Assembly (NCBI GenBank): GCA_038087875.1
Contig: CM075989.1
Location: 7,256,001-7,320,000 of the forward strand
Direction of reading: 5' to 3'
Length of the DNA stretch: 64,000 nt
From: Malacoraja senta
Taxonomy: Eukaryota
A model generated the notes under the pieces. It ran no database searches and had not been told where the DNA came from. It worked only from the letters and a program-made list of their open reading frames with translations. Positions 59,316 through 64,000 of this stretch are shown one piece after another. How positions within the stretch are numbered: position 1 is the first letter of the stretch; the number at the start of each line of letters is the position of its first letter. The translations under genes and the position numbers were made by a program.

Positions 59316-59844
59316 AGAACCGGAAATATCTTCAACCATCATTTCCTCCTATTTCCTATTTAAGATATTTCCTCAATATCTGAATTCCTGCCCTGGCTAT
59401 TTGTCATTAGTCCCCTTGAATCCTTTAGTGGTTTAATAACTATCTGTTGAAGTACCTTGGATTGTTCTACCTTTCAGAAATTATTTAAATGTACATTATT
59501 GTTGTAAATTCATCAAAATCAATTGTGCTTTTACTTTCTTGCATATTCTGCTTGGTGTAAACCAGATTCTTTTATAAATCTAATTATACAATATCCTCAT
59601 CATGTATTAGACCTTTTATTTCTTAAATTCACAGTGGACCCTAACCGCTATTTGACATTCCATTTTAACAAAAAAGCTATTCCTTTTTAAGTTTAGTTTT
59701 CTTGTGTGTAACATTGTCAGTACAGAGAATGAGCTGTTGGAATTCCCTGTGTGAATTGCCTTTCACCAGGACTACTGTGCTTGGCTTCAGTCCTGGGGTT
59801 TGAGTGTGAGTACCAGTCTTCTAGCTCTGTGTTAACCATCTTAG

Positions 59845-60200
59845 AGTAATAGGGTCATACAGTGTCGTAACAGGCCCTTTCGCCCAACTTGCACACACCC
59901 ACCATTTACACCAGTCCCACTTGCCTGTGTTTGGCCCATATCCCTCTAAATCTGTCCCTTCCATGTCCCTGTCTAGTTGCTTCTTAACCGTTGCGTAAAT
60001 CTCTGCCTCAACGACCTCCTCCGGCAGCTCGTTCCATACACCCACCACCTGTTGTGTAAAAACGTTATCCCATCAGATTGCTATAAAATCTTTCCCCCTT
60101 CACCTTAAACATATATCCTCTGGTTCCCGACACCCCTACTCTGAGCAAGAGACTCTGTGCGTCTACCTGAACTATTCCTCTCATGATTTTATACACCTCT
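59845..60200 (-). mobile_element. CR1-clade LINE 3' fragment
   Basis: VGVWNELPEEVVEAEIYATVKKQLDRDMEGTDLEGYGPN. Confidence 0.85.
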
Positions 60201-60275
60201 AAGATATACACCTCTATATACACCTCTATCTTCTTTCAGAGAAATGAATGAGAACCTAATAGGTAATGTTGGAAT

Positions 60276-60891
60276 CCTGGTCCGAGAACACTGATGCCAT
60301 TATTAAGAAAGCACATCAGCGCCTCTACTTCCTGAGAAGATTACGGAGAGTCGGTTTGTCAAGGAGGACTCTCTCTAACTTCTACAGGTGCACAGTAGAG
60401 AGCATGCTGACCGGTTGCATCGTGGCTTGGTTCGGCAACTTGAGCGCCCTGGAGAGGAAAAGCCTACAAAAAGTAGTAAACACTGCCCAGTCCATCATTG
60501 GCTCTGACCTCCCTTCCATCGAGGGGATCTATCACAGTCGCTGCCTCAAAAAGGCTGGCAGTATCATCAAGGACCCACACCATCCTGGCCACACACTCAT
60601 CTCCCTACTACCTTCAGGTAGAAGGTACAGGAGCCTGAAGACTACAACGACCAGGTTCAGGAATAGCTACTTCCCCACAGCCATCAGGCTATTAAACCTG
60701 GCTCAGACATAACACTGAACTTTATTAGCCAATACTGTTATTTGCACTTTATCAGTATATTGATTCATGTGTGTATATATTTATAGAATGCCTTGTAGTC
60801 AATGCCTACTATGTTCTGTTGTGCTGAAGCAAAGCAAGAATTTCATTGTCCTATCAGGGACACATGACAATAAACTCACTTGAACTTGAAC
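60276..60891 (+). mobile_element. Rex1/Babar LINE 3' fragment
   Basis: SWSENTDAIIKKAHQRLYFLRRLRR..FYRCTVESMLTGCIVAWFGN..LPSGRRYRS..RFRNSYFPTAIRLLN; UTR ends gacaataaa..(cttgaa)2. Confidence 0.93.
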
Positions 60892-62622
60892 TAATCCCTG
60901 ATGCCTCAGGATCTGTGTTTTTTGCGATTGGGAAAAACTGTTCTTGATATCTTTATAGGATTCTTTGCAGCTCTTGCAATTGACTTGCAAGTGTTGGTTA
61001 ACTTAAAAGCTACAGCATCTCACTTCTGAATCTGATTTCTTGCCCTGACTAAGGCTTCCTGGAAGGTGGCGTGGGAAGGAGCCTGTAGGATTGATAAATG
61101 GACCCATGTACAGAACCGTCGCATTAATAGAACAACTGTAGTTTTCTAGAGCTTTATTCTTGGTTAATTCTCCCATGATGTTGAGTGCATGTACCTTCAA
61201 TGCTCTGTCGATTTTCTATCCAAATTCTCTCAAAAAACCGAACCAGTTCTAGATCCATTGCAGTACATGAGCGTAATGGGCACCCCTTACAACAGACAGT
61301 CCATCAATGAATCCCCACCCCCCCCCCGCCCCCAGTCAAAGACTCTCCTTCAGAAATGCTTGAAGATCATTACTCAAAGGTCAGTGCAGAGGCTTTCATT
61401 TACATTTAGTTCCTCAGTCTCTATTATTCAGATACACGAGGAAATGCAGATGTTAGTTTATTTAAAAAAAGACACAAAGTGCTGGAGTAGGTCAGCGGGT
61501 CAGATAGCACTTCTCTTCCAGCTTTCTCTCATTCCCCCCCCCCTCCCACCCCCCGCCTCATCAAGGATCCCAATCTGCAGTATTGACCATTCTCCTTCAC
61601 CAGAGATGCTGCCTGACCCGTTGAGTTACTCCAGCACTTTGTGTCCAAACTATCATGTGCCAGCTTGGTCCTCATCAAAGCCATTGGGTAGTAGCTCTAC
61701 CAGCTGCGCCACTGTGGTACCTTTCTGCATTCCAGATCTATGTTGGCCACTTAAAAGCCTTACTGTTCTTGTGTCCATGGCCCATGGATCCTTGTTAATG
61801 ACATTGCCACCAGTGAAACAGATTCCCCTGAAGTACTTTTGTTAAAACTCTCGATTTTAAACACATCTGTCTTTGCTTCAAGGAGAATGATCATGGTTCT
61901 TCCATGTAAAGTCTCTGACACTTAGTACCAAGTTGGCAAACTTCCTCTGCCTCCTCTCCAAAGTCGGGTCTAGAGGATTGGATTGCCAAGGACTAGCCAG
62001 TGATTTATAAAAGATGGCATGACTTCCTTGTTTAGTATTCAAGGCAGTCATTTATAAAGTTATTTTTTTTAAATAAGCTCCAGCAACCTGGCCCATCAGT
62101 TCAAAGATGATTATATGTGAATTGGCCGTTCTTTTTAAAATTTTATTTATTCACAGGATGTGAATGTTGGCCCAACCTGTCGGCATTTATTCCGAATTCC
62201 TGAATGGCTCCCAAATATAATGGTCCTCGACACCAGTTAAAAGTCACCCTGCTGGTGGCCTTGCCGAGGCAGTGTGAAGTGTGGATGGAGTCAATGGACG
62301 GGAGGTTGGGTATGGGCTGGGTAAAGATTCAGAACTCTGTGAAGAAGTCTAAAGAAGGGACTCGACCCAAAACATCACCTATTCCTTCTCTCCAGAGATG
62401 GCGTCTGACCCACTGAGTTACACCAGCATTTTGTATCTATCTTCAAAGAAATTTCTCACTCCAGTCCAAAATTGTTGACCGCTTATTTTGAGAGCATCTC
62501 TCCATCATGGCGAACACTTCACCAAGTTAGCTTTCTTTCATTCTTTTAAACTTTAAAGAATTATGACCGAAAAGACTCCCTAATGTGACCTCGATGATGA
62601 CATTTGCTCCTGTGCCAACGTA

Positions 62623-64000
62623 CAGTGCCTTCCATAATGTTTGGGACAAAGACCCATCATTTATTTGTTTGCCTCTGTACTTCACAATTTGAGATTTGTA
62701 ATACAAAAAATCACATGTGGTTAGTGCACGTTGTCAGATTTTAATAAAGGACATTTTTATACATTTTGGTTTCACCATGTAGAAATTACAGCAGTGTTTA
62801 TACATAGTGTCCCCAGTTCAGGGCACAGCAGTGTCATGTAAATTAAAGTAGTCATTTTTAGTATTTTGTTGCATATCCTTTGCATGCAATGACTGCTTGA
62901 AGTCTGCGATTCATGGACATCACCAGTTGCTGGGTGGCTTCTCTAGTGATGCTCTGCCAGGCCTGTATTGCAGCCATCTTTAGCTAATGCTTGTTTTTGG
63001 GACTAATCCCCTTCAGTTTTCTCTTCAGCATATACAAGGCATACTCAATTAGGTTCAGATCGCGTGATTGACTTGGCCACTCAAGAATTAACCATTTTTT
63101 AGCTTTGAAAAATTCCTTGGTTGCTTTAGCAGTATGTTTGGGATCATTGTCTTGCTGAATGAAGCGCCGGCCAATGAGTTTTGAGGCATTTGTTTGAACT
63201 TGAGCAGATAGGATGTTTCTATACACTTCAGAATTCATTATGCTACTACCATCAGCAGTTGTATCATCATTGAAGATAAGTGAGCCAGTGCCTTCAGCAG
63301 CCATACATGCCCAGACCATAACACCCCCACCACCGTGTTTCACACATGAGGTAGTATGCTTTGGATCTTAGGCAGTTCCTTCTCACCTCCATATTTTGTT
63401 CTTGCCATCACTCCGATATAGGTTAATCTTCGTCTCATCTGTCCACAATACCTTTTTCCAGAACTGTGGTTGCTCCTTTAAATACTTCTTAGCAAACTAA
63501 CCTGGCCATCCTATTTTTGCGGCTAACTAATGATTTGCATCATGCAGTGTAGCCTCTGTATTTCTGTTCATGAAGTCTTCTGCGGACAGTGGTCATTGAC
63601 AATTCCACACCTGACTCCTGAAGAGTGTTTCTGATCTGTCGGACAGATGTTTGGGGTTTTTTCTTTATTATAGAGAGAATTCTTCTGTCATCAGCTGTGG
63701 AGGTCTTCCTTGGCCAGCCAGTCCCTTTGCGATTAGTAAGCTCACCAGTGCTCTCTTTCTTCTTAATGATGTTCCAAACAGTTGATTTTGGTAAGCCTAA
63801 GGTTTGGCTGATGTCTCTAACAGTTTTATTCTTGTTTCTCAGTCTCATAACGGCTTCTTTGACTTTCATTGGCACAACTTTGGTCCTCATGTTGATAAAC
63901 AGCAATAAAAGTTTCCAAAGGTGATGGAAAGACTGGAGGAAAGACTAGGTGCTGAGAGCTCTCTTATACCTTCATTAAGGAGGCAATTAAACGCACCTGA
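62623..64000 (-). mobile_element. Tc1-family DNA transposon (other end beyond the window)
   Basis: TA (62621-62622) followed by the CAGTG terminus; transposase remnants inside. Confidence 0.93.
62858..63890 (-). pseudogene. Tc1 DD34E transposase, inactivated by stops and a frameshift
   Basis: N-terminal HTH with GWPRKT (GRPR-like), LWTDETKINL (D1), KHGGGGVMVWACM, QQDNDPKH (D2), then 34 residues to E in DLNLIE; C-terminus CKGYATKY*. In-frame stops at 63540 and 62984. Confidence 0.93.

Noticed and set aside
61189..61845. 218-aa ORF
   Set aside because: Reads through a decayed fold-back pLTR and a SINE remnant; no coherent domain.

Overview
Vertebrate non-coding DNA, very probably from a cartilaginous fish (skate or ray). 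This inference rests on the repeat repertoire: HE1-like V-SINEs, HER1/CR1-type LINEs, Rex1/Babar LINEs and Penelope-like elements. I found no credible host protein-coding exon, rRNA, tRNA gene or CRISPR array, so the window reads as a large intron or an intergenic region. It is densely filled with nested, mostly dead transposons. These are Penelope-like elements (PLE; the largest is an RT-thumb/Zn-finger/GIY-YIG fragment at 30625-31758), CR1 and Rex1/Babar 3' fragments, about 15 tRNA-derived V-SINE copies or pieces, four PIF/Harbinger MITEs, a 30-bp hAT-type miniature and a degenerate DD34E Tc1 transposon running off the right edge. There is also a G/T-rich minisatellite and a 200-N assembly gap. 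The most notable signal is a set of roughly 35-40 short PLE terminal-repeat copies (counted by eye) carrying a minimal hammerhead-ribozyme-like core, CTGAAGA-A-stem-GAAAC-GTH. Many were inserted as tiny fold-back or tandem units with 10-17 bp target-site duplications. Two GC-rich non-coding retroposon families with structured 3' ends and several candidate conserved enhancers also merit follow-up. Family names come from motif recognition, not database searches, and the boundaries of decayed copies are approximate.
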